Positions 49,976 to 62,989 of a stretch of DNA of 64,000 nt are shown here, in pieces. Each line of letters opens with the position of its first letter. The stretch's first letter is position 1. Source of the DNA: Octopus sinensis. Lineage: Eukaryota. Position numbers and translations under genes: made by a program. Where the stretch lies: positions 81,096,001 through 81,160,000 of the forward strand of contig NC_042997.1 in NCBI RefSeq assembly GCF_006345805.1, in the 5' to 3' direction. The notes beneath the pieces were generated by a model. That model worked only from the letters and a program-made list of their open reading frames with translations, made no database searches and was not told the DNA's origin.

Positions 49976-51084
49976 CTTAAATTTTTTATCAATATATCCC
50001 AACTAACAGCTACAATTGCAGACATTTTCATTTTCCTTTTTCATTTTTCTTCTAATTGATACTACGCTGGTTGCAAATTCTTTAATGATTTCAATTTACT
50101 AAACCTTTTAAAATGTCTCACCACAAGAATTTTATTATAATTTTCCATATGAGGAAATAAAATTGAAAAAATAAGAAAGTAACTGAAAATTATTCTTTAA
50201 AGCAAGAACATTCTAAAAACTTAAACCTTTAAAAGACTAGAAGAAATGAAATAGTTGTTTTAATACCTGTGAAGTTGTACAAAAGGATGAATAAATTCAG
50301 AATCTACAAATGTTAGGAAGATATTTCAAGGAACATTAGAATACTTAATTTACTATTATTATTATAACTTTATCTTTACTCTCAACAACAATACACACAC
50401 ATACAAATATAGAGAGAGGGTGGGGGAGAGGAGAGAGGAGGGACAGAGGGGCGACAGGGGAGGAAGAGAGAGGAGGAGCAGAGGAAGGGAGGGAGGGGAG
50501 AGAGAGAGATTGAAATAAAAATGTAAAAGCAAAACGTGTGGTATCACTCAAAAAAGACATTTAATTTAGAGAGAGAGAGAGTATATCTCGCCACCTCTGA
50601 AAGGCAGTCTCAACATCACACTTTCGGTGGTAGAATTTTAGTGATAAACCAAACTGAGCACTCATAGTACATACCTATTACATTATATCAGTTGACAAAA
50701 ACTCCTTATATATTCTATATACATATATATATATATAGTTTATCTGTTTAAAAACTCTTGTCTCATGTGTTTCCTTTCCATTCCATTCCTTCGCCAAATG
50801 ATGTTGTGATGCTAAGCTAAGATTTTCTCGTTTTTTTTTTCCTTCATACTTCATTCGCCATTAACACTTTAATTATATTATTTACTAACTACTAACAGCT
50901 TGTTTTCATGAGCTAACCTTTGAAAATGTCCCCTCAAAAAATATAATTTTATCTCTCATGTAATTTCATTAAGATAATTACTCGTTTCTTCATCTGTTTA
51001 ATCTCATTCTTATGACCATTATTTTTGTCCTTCTGTCCCCAAACCAAACTGTGCTTGTTCGCAGTGCACCCGCCCTTTCCCACC

Positions 51085-51181
51085 CCCACCACCAATACCA
51101 GATATCTCTATCTTCCCACCACCAATACTGAATATCTTTATCTTCCCACCATTTACATCGGATATCCCTTCTTCCACCACC
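51085..51181 (+). repeat. 30-bp pyrimidine-rich minisatellite, ~3 copies
   Basis: cccacc..tatctt units start at 51085, 51115 and 51145. Confidence 0.75.
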
Positions 51182-51332
51182 ATTACCCCGTGGCTATTCT
51201 CCCAACCCCTCATCCTCACTGCGCTGTTCTCTATATATTACCTGTACTTCTCTCTCTCCTAGGACAAATGCAATCAGTCCAGCTGCTCATCCACCCACCC
51301 ACTTAACTGGCTATCTTACATTTTGTTCTGTA

Positions 51333-53063
51333 AGAGAAATACCTAGCTAAAGATAAATCCCTATACTTAGCTTTTGTGGACTTGGAGAAAGCCTTTGACA
51401 GGATCCTCCAATCCCTTAACACGGTGGGCGATGCAGAAACTGGAGATTAACAAATGGTTAATAAGGGCTGTACAGGCCCTATACAGAGAGGCTGTTAGTA
51501 AAGTTAGGATTGGCAATGAGTATAGTGAAGAAGTAGGGGTCCACCAAGGTTCATCCTTCAGTTCCCTCTTATTCATCATAGTCCTCCAGGCAATAACAGA
51601 GGAATTCAAGACAAGATGACCCTGGGAGCTCCTCTATGCTGATGACCTGGCCATCTTACCAGAATCCCTACCAGAACTAGAGGAGTTTCAGGTGTGGAAG
51701 CAAGGATTAGAATCGAAGGGCCTTAGAGTCAACCTAGCTAAAACCAAAGTCCTAATAAGTAGGAAGGCAAACTCATCACACACCCCTTCAGGTAGGTGGC
51801 CCTGCTCAATCTGTAGAAAAGGTGTAGGTAGAAACTCTATAAGATGTACCCAGTGTAAGCTATGGACATATAAGAGGTGTAGCAACATCAAAGGAAGATT
51901 AACTGAGAAGATAGCTTTTGTGTGCGGCAGATGCACAGGGGCAATAAACACCACAGATGCTCAGAAAACAGATTGCATCACACTCCAGGGGAAGAAACTA
52001 GAAGTAGTTGATAGCTTCCACTACATAGGTGACCAAGTTAGTAGTGGTGGGGGGATGCTCAGAGAGTGTTACCACCAGAAAAAAAATAGCCTGGGAAAAA
52101 TTTAGAAAGCTTCTACCCCTACTGGTGACAAAGGGCCTCTCACTCAGAGTGAAAGGTAGATTGTACAATGCATGTGTGTGAATGGGCCATGACTGTGGAG
52201 AACATGCGTAGGCTCAAAAGAAATGAAGCTAGCATGATCTACTGGACATTTAATGTCAGTGTGCACACACAACAGAGTGTAAGCACCCTGAGAGAAATGT
52301 TGGACATAAAAAGCGTTGGATCTGGTGTGCAAGAGAGATGTTTGTGCTGGCATGGTCATGTACAATGGATGGATGAGGAGAGATGTGTGAAGAAGTTCCA
52401 CTCCCAAACAGCTGAAGGAATCTGGGGTAGAGGTAGACCTAGAAAGACATGGGATCAGGTGGTCAAGCATGACCTTCAAACATTGGGCCTCACAGAGGCA
52501 ATGACGAAAGACCGAGACCTCTGGAGATATGCTGTGACTGCAAAGACCCGACAAATGAAGTGAGTTCACGACTGTATCCTACACCAGTTTTGCATAACCG
52601 GCCCCAGCCCATTCAAAAGTACCTTGAATCGTAGGACGACCTGCTATGCTTCCTTACCTTGGATCGTAGGGTGCCCTTCTGTGCTTGAGGAGACCTACTG
52701 AGTCAAGTACATCAACATCAAAATAAAAATCAAATGGAAATTGTAGCTGTGATATTTGTGCTAGTGGCACGTGAAAAGCACCATCTGAATATGGCTAGCG
52801 CCGCCTTGACTGGTTTCCATGCCATTGGCACACAAAAAGCACTAACCAATTGTGGCCGTTGCCAGCCTCCTCTGGCCCCTGTGCCGGTGGCACATAAAAA
52901 GCATCCATTACACTCATGGAGTGGTTGGCATTAGGAAGGGTATCCAGCTGTAGAAACACTGCCAGATCAGACTGGAGCCTGGTGCAGCCTCCTGGCTTCC
53001 CAGATCCCGGTCGATTTGTCCAACCCATGCTAGTATGGAAAACAGACGTTAAATGATTATGAT
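51333..53063 (+). mobile_element. 5'-truncated RTE LINE (divergent subfamily) with 3' UTR
   Basis: EKYLAKDKSLYLAFVDLEKAFDR, LYADD, PHD (H>Y), GRGRPRKTWDQVV; RTE-type tail. Confidence 0.9.
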
Positions 53064-53579
53064 GATTACATGGAAAATTGCAAGCATGAAAAGTAATATT
53101 CTTAAGATTATAAACCTGGAAAAGTACAGGACAAGTTATTACACCTGGAAAAGTATAGGACAAGCTATTACTTCTAGTAAAGAATAAGAAACTTTTTACT
53201 TAAAATATTGCAGCAAAGAATGCCACTTCTAATATATCATTCTTTACAGTTCTAATCTTTTAAATTTATTGTACAAAGCTGTTTGTCTAATTTGTAAGTT
53301 TGTCTAATTAGTTACTTTTTTCTGTATTTAAGGTAGTAAATTAGCCAAATTCTATTTAAATAAGTATTGTGTTATTTGTAAACTATAATAAAATAATTTT
53401 TAATATTCAAATTTTAATTTTAGCTGCAATGTTTTAAGTAAAACGTTTCTTATTCTTTACTTTACTAGAAGTAATAGCTTGTCCTATACTCTTACAGGTG
53501 TAATAACTTGTCCTATACTTTTCCAGGTTTATAATCTTAAGAATATTACTTTTCATGCTCACATTTTTCCATGTAATCC
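53064..53579. mobile_element. MITE/foldback with ~155-bp TIRs inserted in the LINE (GAT)n tail
   Basis: gattacatggaaaa.. / ..ttttccatgtaatc; atgat on both flanks; ~30-bp subrepeat within each arm. Confidence 0.8.
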
Positions 53580-54354
53580 ATGATTTTTCCAGGCATTGCT
53601 GTTATAAGATAATTAATAATGTGTCAATTAATAATTTAAGATTTTAACTTTAAAAATACTGATAGATAATATTTCAATTTTTTTCATGTTTAATTTAAAT
53701 ATATGTTGTGATTCAATTATCTGATATTACCCATCCACACCAAATTGATGGCAGGGAATTTTACTCACCAAAAGTTACAAACAACAAGACCCCCAAACCA
53801 TCAGTTACCAGGCTCACCTTAAGTAACCTAGATTTTGAGTTAGGGATAATAAATAGCATTGACTGCTGCTAATCTAGATCTGTCAATAATTATTCAATAC
53901 AACAGTAATTATAAAAGCATATCAGATATACACAAGTTAAAATTACCTACATCCAATTAATATAAATTTGATTTATGAAAAATCCCTTTTAATTAATTTT
54001 GAAATTTAAAAAGTAAATTTAGAATATAAGCACTTTTAACCAATGCCTTTTCTGGACAACCTTACTACATGCCTTCAGGTCTGCCCATAGAGACACAGCC
54101 AAAAATGACTATATTCCTGCCTCAATAAATTTAGATACACATATCTGAAACATATAACATATTAATGAACTAGCCTGATTAAATAATTAACTAAAAAGAA
54201 AAGGAAAGCAACTAAAAAGAAAAGCAAACAAAGCAGAAAGCAAGTTAATTAAAGCTGAAAGAGAGCATTAATAATAAAAATTAAACTTACCCTAATTCAA
54301 CAGCATATTAAAAATAACTCCATGAAATACTTAATTAAAAAATAAAATATACTA

Positions 54355-54460
54355 AAGGTAAAGTCAACCTCAGTGGAATTTGAACTCAGAATAAATATAC
54401 AGACTAAATACTACTAAGTATTTCACCCAGTACACTAACATTTCTGCCAACTCACCACGT
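54355..54460 (-). mobile_element. Nin/Deu-type SINE head fragment
   Basis: aaagtcaacctcagtggaatttgaactcagaa..tctgccaactcacc. Confidence 0.65.
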
Positions 54461-54640
54461 TAGAAACTTACTCATTTTAGAAATATATTCTTATCTTAAC
54501 ATTATAGCTTGGGGCATTGCTTCTTACTTCCTCACTTACTGACTTAAAATTTTATTACATTTCACCTCATAACTTTTTTTCTACTGAACCAAATCTCAAA
54601 CTATTTATGCCAAAGTGTAGTGGAGGAGGTGTCCTCTTTA

Positions 54641-56745
54641 GCCCTTCCTAACACCAACCACTCTGGGAGTGTAGTGGGTGCTTTTACGTGCCACCAGCAT
54701 TAGGGCCAGTCAGGTGGTACTGGCAACAGCCACACTCAAATGGTGTTTTTTACGTGTCACCTGCTCAGGGGCCAGTCCAGTGGCACTGGCAATGACCTCG
54801 CATGAATATTTTTCACGTGCCACCAGCACAAGTACCAGTAAGGCAACGCTGGTAATGATCACACTTGAATGGTGCTTTTTACGTGCCACCAGCATGGAAG
54901 CCGTTCAACTGTTCTGGCAACGATCACTCTCGGAGGGAGGCCTTAGCACTCCACTAGCACAGATGCCAGTCATCAAATTTGATTTCGATTTCACTTGCCT
55001 CAAAAGGTCTTCACAAGCAGAGTTTAGTGTCCAATAAAGGAAAGGTATGCATAAGTGGGATGGTTACACCCCTGGCATAGGCCATGGGTTATGGTTTCAC
55101 TTGGCTTGTTGGGTCTTCTGAAGCACAGCATATTTCCAAAGGTTTAGGTCTCTAGTCATTGCCTCGGTGAGTCCTAATGTTTGAAGGTCATGCTTCACCA
55201 CCTCATCCCAGGTCTTCCTGGGTCTACCACTTCCATAGGTTCCCTCAATCGCTAGGGTGTGGCACTTTTTCACACAGCTATCCTCATCCATTCTTGCCAC
55301 ATGACCATACCAGTGCAATCGTCTCTCTTGCACACCACAACTGATGCTTCTTAGATCCAACTTTTTTCTCAAGGTACTTACACTCCGTCAAGTATGCACA
55401 CTGACATTGCACATCCATCGGATCATACTGGCTTACGCATATCCTCAGCAGTAACAGCCCATGTTTCACTGCCGTGTAGCATGGCTGTTCATACACATGC
55501 GTCATACAGTCTACCTTTTACTCTAAATGAGAGGCCCTTTGTCACCAGCAGAGGTAAGAGCTCTCTGAATGTTGCCCAGGCTATTCTTATTCTAGCAGCT
55601 ACACTTTCAGTGCACCCCCCTCCCTACTGACTTGGTCACCTAGGTAATGGAAGCTATCAACTACTTCTATTTTTTCTCCTTGGAATGTGGCAGAAGTTGT
55701 TCTCTGCACATTTTCAGTGTTTATTACTCCTGAGTATCTGCCACATACAAAAACTATATTCACAGTTAGCCTTCCTTTGATATTACTGCACCTCTTATGT
55801 GTCCATAGCTTACACTGGGTACATCTTATAGAGTTTCTACCTACACCTCTACAACAGATCAAGCAGGGCCATCTACCTGAAGGGATTTGTGGTTTGCCTG
55901 CCTTCCTACTTATTAGGACTTTGGTTTTAGCTCGGTTGACCCTAAGGCCCTTTGATTCTAATCCTTGCTTCCACACCTGAAACTTCTCCTCTAGTTCTGA
56001 TAGAGACTCAGCAATTAGAGCAAAGTCGTCAGCTTAGAGGAGCTCCCAGGAGCATTCTGTCTTGAATTCCTCTGTTATTGCCTGGAGGACTATGATAAAT
56101 AGGACTATGATAAATACCTCGATCCGGAATTCTTCACCGTATTCGTTGCCAACCCTCACCTTACTGACTGTGTCCTTGTACATGGCTTGCGCAGCTCTCA
56201 CTAACCATTCATCTATCCCTAGTGTTCTCATTGACCACCAGATAAGGGATCGGGGGACCCTATCAAAGGCTTTCTCTATGTTAATGAAAGCCAGGTACAG
56301 AGGTTTATCTTTGGCGAGGTATTTCTCCTGCAGCTGTCTTACCAGAAATATAGCATCAGTGGTGCTTTTCCCTGGCATGAACCCAAACTGCATCTCATCC
56401 AAACTGACTCCCTCCCTAATTAGTTGGGCTATGACCTTCTGCGGGACCTTCATTACCTGATCCAACAACTTGATACCTCTGTAATTATTTGTATCTAAAG
56501 CATCATCTTTACCTTTGTAGCAGTTGACTATGGTGCCGCTACACCAGTCATTGGGTATGACTCCTTTGTGTATCACCTGGTTAACTATATGGATGACCAG
56601 GCTATAGCTGACACTGCCAGCTATTTTGAGCATCTCTGCGGTGATTCCTGATGGACTGGAGGCTTTCCCTGTCTTCATACTCTTAATTGTTTTATCTACC
56701 AAGGTATTGTCAATTCAGATAGCTGGTCCCTCTGTTGGGTCGACA
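54641..56745 (-). mobile_element. RTE LINE fragment (RT, PHD, C-terminus, 3' UTR)
   Basis: ORFs 56034-56702, 55599-55976, 55284-55505 and 55097-55372. Confidence 0.92.
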
Positions 56746-57457
56746 GAAGCTTGGAAGTTGCTGTGATTGACGAAATGGTGGACTTAATATATTCAACCAC
56801 TACTGTGGTTGAATGATATGCACACAGTTGTTTAAGAAACCATAAATCAAAAATAACAGACACTTGTGTATTTGTAGACAGAATTGGTATATTAATCTTT
56901 ATATCATACAATATTATACATCCATTTCAACTAATTTTATCAATCAGTTTTGCCCATAAATTAAATAATTAAGTGCTTATCAGAAGAGCTGGTCTGAAAA
57001 GTATAGTGATGGCTCTCTGCTACTTGAAGTCAGTAAGTGTTACATCTGGTTTGTGGATGCTGTGAAAACAACAGAATAGATAAAGTTCAGAAGAGAATTC
57101 ATGAAGAGAGATAACTGCCTGCAAAGTAGAGTTTGGGTGGTGGCATCGAAGGGTTGATGAGAGTACAAGTAGAGAGGATAAGGAGTGGGCATCCAATCAA
57201 AGTCCATGTGTGGAAAAGTATGTGTATATTTATATGTATTTTTTAATGTAAAGTTGGGTGTGGTAAACACTACAGGTCATAGTAATAGGAAGTTCTAACA
57301 TCTATAATCATGTTGCATTCTGTAGATAACCAATCACATATTTTCTTTCATGTGTGGATGAACAGAAAATCATGCTTTTGCAGTTTAGATAGACAGGGAT
57401 GCAGCAAACCAATACTGGTTATCAAACAATGGTGGGAGGACAAACATTAACACAATG

Positions 57458-58105
<648 letters not shown>

Positions 58106-58110
58106 ACACA

Positions 58111-58260
58111 CCAGACTTCCACACAGTTTCACAGTGAAATGTGCTTGCAAGGCATTGGTCAGCAGAAGGGGCTCTAGAAGATGACATTTGCCCAAGATGC
58201 TGTGCAATGGGACTGAACCTTAAGACCACAGGGTTACAAATTGAGCTTCTTAACCACACA
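58111..58260 (-). mobile_element. CORE-SINE head
   Basis: ttgcccaagatgctgtgcaatgggactgaacc..ttaaccacaca. Confidence 0.65.
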
Positions 58261-58613
58261 ACAATAATAAATAAATGAAAAAATAAATAGCTAATTTATG
58301 ACAAAGATGAAGAGAGTAGGCTCTCCTATGGGACTGAATATTCGTCTCTACTGAATTCCATTTTGACATCTATGTTATTGATTACACTAATGCACTCCTG
58401 TCATTTCTCAGACACAATCATTAACCAACTTTCCTGAGATAACGTTTGAGTCCTCCAGAAAAGATTATTCTGCTGGTTTTCTGTCCTGAATTTAGGTTCA
58501 TAAACGTGTGTGTGTGTGTGATTGTGTGTGTGTCTATGTATTTGTGTGTGTTAGCATGTGTGTGTGTATGATTGTATGTATGTATGGCCGGAGTGTGTGT
58601 GTGTGTGTATACA

Positions 58614-58667
<54 letters not shown>

Positions 58668-58682
58668 TGTATGTCTGTGTGT

Positions 58683-58830
58683 GTGTGTAATTAGCAAGTT
58701 TGCTTCCCAACAACATTATTTCAGGTTCAGTCCCAATGTTTGGCACTTTGGGTGGCAAATGCCTTTTGCGAGGCCTCGATTGATGAATGCCTTGTAAGTG
58801 GACAAGATTGATGGAAACTAAAAGAATCCC
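58683..58830 (+). mobile_element. CORE-SINE head
   Basis: ggttcagtccca..ggcactttgggtggcaaatgc..gccttgtaagtgga. Confidence 0.6.
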
Positions 58831-59021
58831 ACCACACATATATATATTATTCTTATAAAAGAATGTTGTTGACAGTGACTTTGAAGTTTCAGCCAGTTAA
58901 GCCATTGTTGGGCTGTGATGCATTTTACTCTACAAAAGTACAGATAACCCATCAGATTGTTGTAAAATTGTTTTTATTATAACTGAACATAAAAACAAGC
59001 AATAATATATATATGTTTATA

Positions 59022-59087
<66 letters not shown>

Positions 59088-59174
59088 CACACACACACAT
59101 ACACACACACACACATACACATATATACCCACTCCATCTCTCACAAATGTGTGTGTGTGTGTACATATATTTGA

Positions 59175-59410
59175 GGGTGCTTGGCCTAGTGGTTATGGTG
59201 TTACACTCATTGTTGCAAAAACTTTGGTTCAATTCCTGAACCTGGTAGTGCATTGTGCTCTTAAGCAAAACACTTAGTTTCCTGTTGCTTTACAGTCATT
59301 TTGACACCTGATGTGTGGTGCATTGCACACCTGTTCAGACAATGTTGATTCAATGGAGGGAGTGAGCTAACATAAAGCACAAACATTTGATCACTACAAA
59401 CAAATCATTT
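59175..59410 (+). mobile_element. tRNA-derived SINE (further family)
   Basis: tggcctagtggttatgg A-box and ggttcaattcc B-box, then ttgtgctcttaagcaaaacact. Confidence 0.6.
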
Positions 59411-59527
59411 GTGCAGGCTGCATACACGCATGCACACACACACACACACACACACATTTGTATATATGTGCGGAATGTGGGATTCTTTTATCCTCTTCTC
59501 TTGATATTGTATGATATTTGTGCAAAA

Positions 59528-59830
59528 CATGTGGCTTTGTGGTTAAGGTATCCAACTCATGATTGTGCAGTCATAAGTTCAATTCCTGGTGGCATATTGT
59601 ATCCTTAAGCAAAACACTCTATTTCACATTGTTCTTGTCCACTCAGCTGGCAAAAATGAGTTGTACCTGTATTTCAAAGGGCCAACCTTGTCGTATTTTG
59701 TGTCACGTTAAATCTACATTAAAGGTATGTGTGCCTGTGGAGTGCTCAGCCACTTGCACATTAATTTCATGAGCATGCTGTTCTGTTGATCAGGTCAACT
59801 GGAACCCTTGTTGTCATAACCAATGGAGTC
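59528..59830 (+). mobile_element. tRNA-derived SINE; family shared with 23893 and 24361
   Basis: tggctttgtggttaagg A-box, agttcaattcc B-box, ccactcagctggcaaaaatgag body. Confidence 0.75.
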
Positions 59831-60331
59831 ATATATTTGTAAAATGTGCCTCACTGTCCAACAAGCAGTGCAGTTCATTTCTAATCCTCCAATCTTCTGG
59901 CCATAGGAAAATATTACATTACTTGGAAATAGAAATATGCAAGGGTTGTCAACAGGAAGAGCATCCAGCTGTAGAAAATCTTCTTAAGCAAATTATTAAT
60001 AACTACCTAATCTTTATTTATATTAGAACCGATGCAGACATCTGGGTTGGTTTTATCAGGATTAAGGTTTATGTTTTCATAGTCGCTGCTGACACTACTA
60101 GGGTGGCTAGTACTGCTACATATAGAGGTGATAGACAGTGGTTGAAGTAGTCAGCTGACAGACAGTATCATGACAGCTGATGTTGGCTACTTGACTGACA
60201 CAGTCACTATTATTAAGATGGAATATGGCACAATTGTTACTACCACTGCTATGGCTTTCTACATAAGGGCTGCAAATATTTTTATTATTGTTCTTGCTGC
60301 TACAACTGCCACCGCCACCGCCACTTCCACC

Positions 60332-60393
<62 letters not shown>

Positions 60394-60398
60394 TATTA

Positions 60399-60588
60399 GG
60401 CGCTGAGCTGGCAGAATCCTTAGCACACTGGGCAAAATGCTTAGTGGTATTTTGTCTGCTGGTATGTTCTGAGCTCAAAATCCTTGCCTTTCATCCTGTC
60501 AGGGTCAATAAATTAAGTACTGGAGTCAATGTAATTGACTAGTTTCCCCCCATCAAATTTAAGGCCTTGTACCTTTAGTAGAAAGGAT
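60399..60588 (+). mobile_element. Full-length Nin/Deu-type SINE
   Basis: tgagctggcagaatcc..ctttcatcctgtcagggtcaataaattaagtac..tagtagaaagg then (ATT)n. Confidence 0.8.
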
Positions 60589-60635
60589 TGTCATTATTAT
60601 TATTATTATTATAATTATTATTATTATTATTATTA

Positions 60636-60681
<46 letters not shown>

Positions 60682-61215
60682 GAGTGAGAGAGCAGTTCAT
60701 GCCATCAAAGTGACACTGGGGTAAAATATACGAAGCCCAATATACCCATCATGACTACCCGTCTGATAAAGGTACACCAGGCACATGCATCACAACCATA
60801 TGTGCGCGACATGGTGATCTCATATCAAGATAAACAGCACATGACCTTGCAGGTGGGGCCCAGTTAGAATTTTCTTCAGGTTGAGTAGCCCATCCTGCTC
60901 AAACGGTCCCTGAATAAGGGTTGTTTAAGGATGTTGAAAGAACCACGCATGTTTCCAAAGAATCCCTCTCAACACATGGCTATGATGCTCCCCCACTACT
61001 TCTGCTCGTGATCAGAGATGCACATATCGTCAGCCACTAAGGGGCATGCTCAACTGGTTAAGGTCAAACAACTGACAAGCAAATCTGTGGTATTGAGCAG
61101 AATATTTGCTGTAGCCCATCTTTTATACCAAGACAAAACAATGTACATGATAACACTTCCAATCAGTTAAGATCAGAAGCCATGAAAGCCACTGCCTGGT
61201 ACTGCATCATGGCAT
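60682..61215. mobile_element. 534-bp non-coding interspersed element embedded in (ATT)n
   Basis: (ATT)n on both sides (60592-60681, 61216-61358); partial second copy at 21832-21985. Confidence 0.7.
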
Positions 61216-61242
61216 TTATTATTATCATTATTATTATTATTA

Positions 61243-61275
<33 letters not shown>

Positions 61276-61309
61276 GTTATTGTTATTATTATTATTATGA
61301 TTATTATTA

Positions 61310-61358
<49 letters not shown>

Positions 61359-61361
61359 GAG

Positions 61362-61560
61362 GGTGGTGAGTTGGCAGAACCATTAACAAGCCAGGCGAAA
61401 TGCTTTTTTTTATCTGCCACTATGTTCTGAGTTCAAATTCTACTGAGGTCGACTTTACCTTTCATCCTTTCAGGCTAGATAAAATAAGTAGCAGTTACAC
61501 ACTGGGATCAATGTAATCGACTAGCCCCAAAATTTTCAAGGCCTTGTGCCTAGAGTAGAA
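61362..61560 (+). mobile_element. Full-length Nin/Deu-type SINE
   Basis: ggtgagttggcagaacc..gttcaaattc..gtcgactttacctttcatcc..tagagtagaa. Confidence 0.85.
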
Positions 61561-61579
61561 ATTATTATTATTATTATTA

Positions 61580-61993
61580 CTTTTTTTCTTCTTCTTTCAA
61601 ATTTTCTTCCATTTCTTGCCGAGTGTCTTCCCGACTCCTAGGGCAAAGAAACTCATAGTGTATATTGGTAGGCCATTAAACCAAACTCAGTAGTTCGTTC
61701 ATTTTTTTTAATTTTTATTTATTTATTTTTTTTAAAGTTAAATTAAAATACATGAGCAGCAACATTTCTCACATCGACAATGCTCTTCTCAATACGTGTG
61801 ATGTACCAGTTAAGACAATCTTTTGCACTTTTTGCAGGGATGGTAAGCCAGGGATCATTCTCATATAAGTTTCGGTTCCCTTCTTGATCATTCCTAGTGC
61901 TCCTACGATCACTGGTATTGTAACCGCCTTGAGATGCCACATTTTCTCAATTTCAATGAGTAGGTCTTTATATTTTCTGAGCTTGTCAAACTT
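61580..61993 (-). mobile_element. 5'-truncated R4/Dong-clade LINE (restriction-like endonuclease C-terminus + 3' UTR) within (TAA)n
   Basis: Minus strand ..KYKDLLIEIEKMWHLKAVTIPVIVGALGMIKKG..QKVQKIVLTGTSHVLRRALSM*; (TTA)n on both flanks. Confidence 0.85.
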
Positions 61994-62018
61994 ATTATTA
62001 TTATTATTATTATTATTA

Positions 62019-62067
<49 letters not shown>

Positions 62068-62732
62068 TTTATTATAGTTGTCATTGTTCTTATTTTTATT
62101 ATAGTTATCATTACCAATATATTATCACTAGCATTGCTGTTACAGTTATAATCTGCAATACATTAAAAGTCAGTTTTAATATTGCTTACTTGCTTGTAAT
62201 GTCACTCAGTGAAATTAGCACATAATTGGAAAATACCATGAATTAAGTTTACCCTGAAATGTTAATATGAATCGAACGAAACAAGTTTCATATAAATTGG
62301 TAAAGTAGTTTTCAAGATATTAGAGATTTTCAGGGTATAAATACCCAAAATGGTGCATAATGGGAAAATGTTCTGAAAATAATCTTCATCCTTGAAAGGA
62401 AGAAACTGTTTCTGTTAGACAGTGAGTTGACAACAAAAACAAAAATGATTTCTTTTATTTTCAATTTCTATTTTCACTATTGTTAAACACAAAATGTTAA
62501 TCATTTACAAATATTTTTAAGTGAATGTGATTTCAAAATGTAAGCTGTTTGTACAGTAAGTATGTATATTTTAGCTTTCTTTAAACAGACAATATTTTAA
62601 TGGTTTTTAAAATTATTTTCAAGTGAATACCATTACAAAAATGTTTTTGGTATATTTAAAAAATATCCTAAAGGGAAAATGGCTTTAAAAATACAGTAGA
62701 TATTTTGAGTGCATTCAACGTATATCCCCTCC

Positions 62733-62851
62733 AAAGATTTGGCTGCTATTTCTAGCATGCCCTGCTACCACGTAACAGCTATTTGTGAAAAAGGACCTGA
62801 AATACCTGTTATGTGGTAGCAGGCCATGCAAGAAATAGCAGCCAAATCTTT
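62733..62851. repeat. 52-bp-arm hairpin, 15-nt loop
   Basis: aaagatttggctgctatttct.. / ..agaaatagcagccaaatcttt, 4 mismatches. Confidence 0.9.
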
Positions 62852-62989
62852 CCAACCCACGAAACAAAACTCTGTTGCAAGGAAACTCAGTGTTTTCCGA
62901 TGACCCAACATGTCATGGATAGTCTAGTTATTATTATCATTATTATCATTGTTGTTGTTGTAGTTGTTGTTATTGTTGTTACTATTTAC

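Noticed and set aside
59175-59600. tRNA genes
   Set aside because: A/B boxes are present, but no cloverleaf is evident and each continues into a repeated SINE body.
60116-60542. Poly-D/G, poly-P/S and poly-T/I ORFs
   Set aside because: They are (CAT)n/(CAC)n trinucleotide repeats running into a SINE head.
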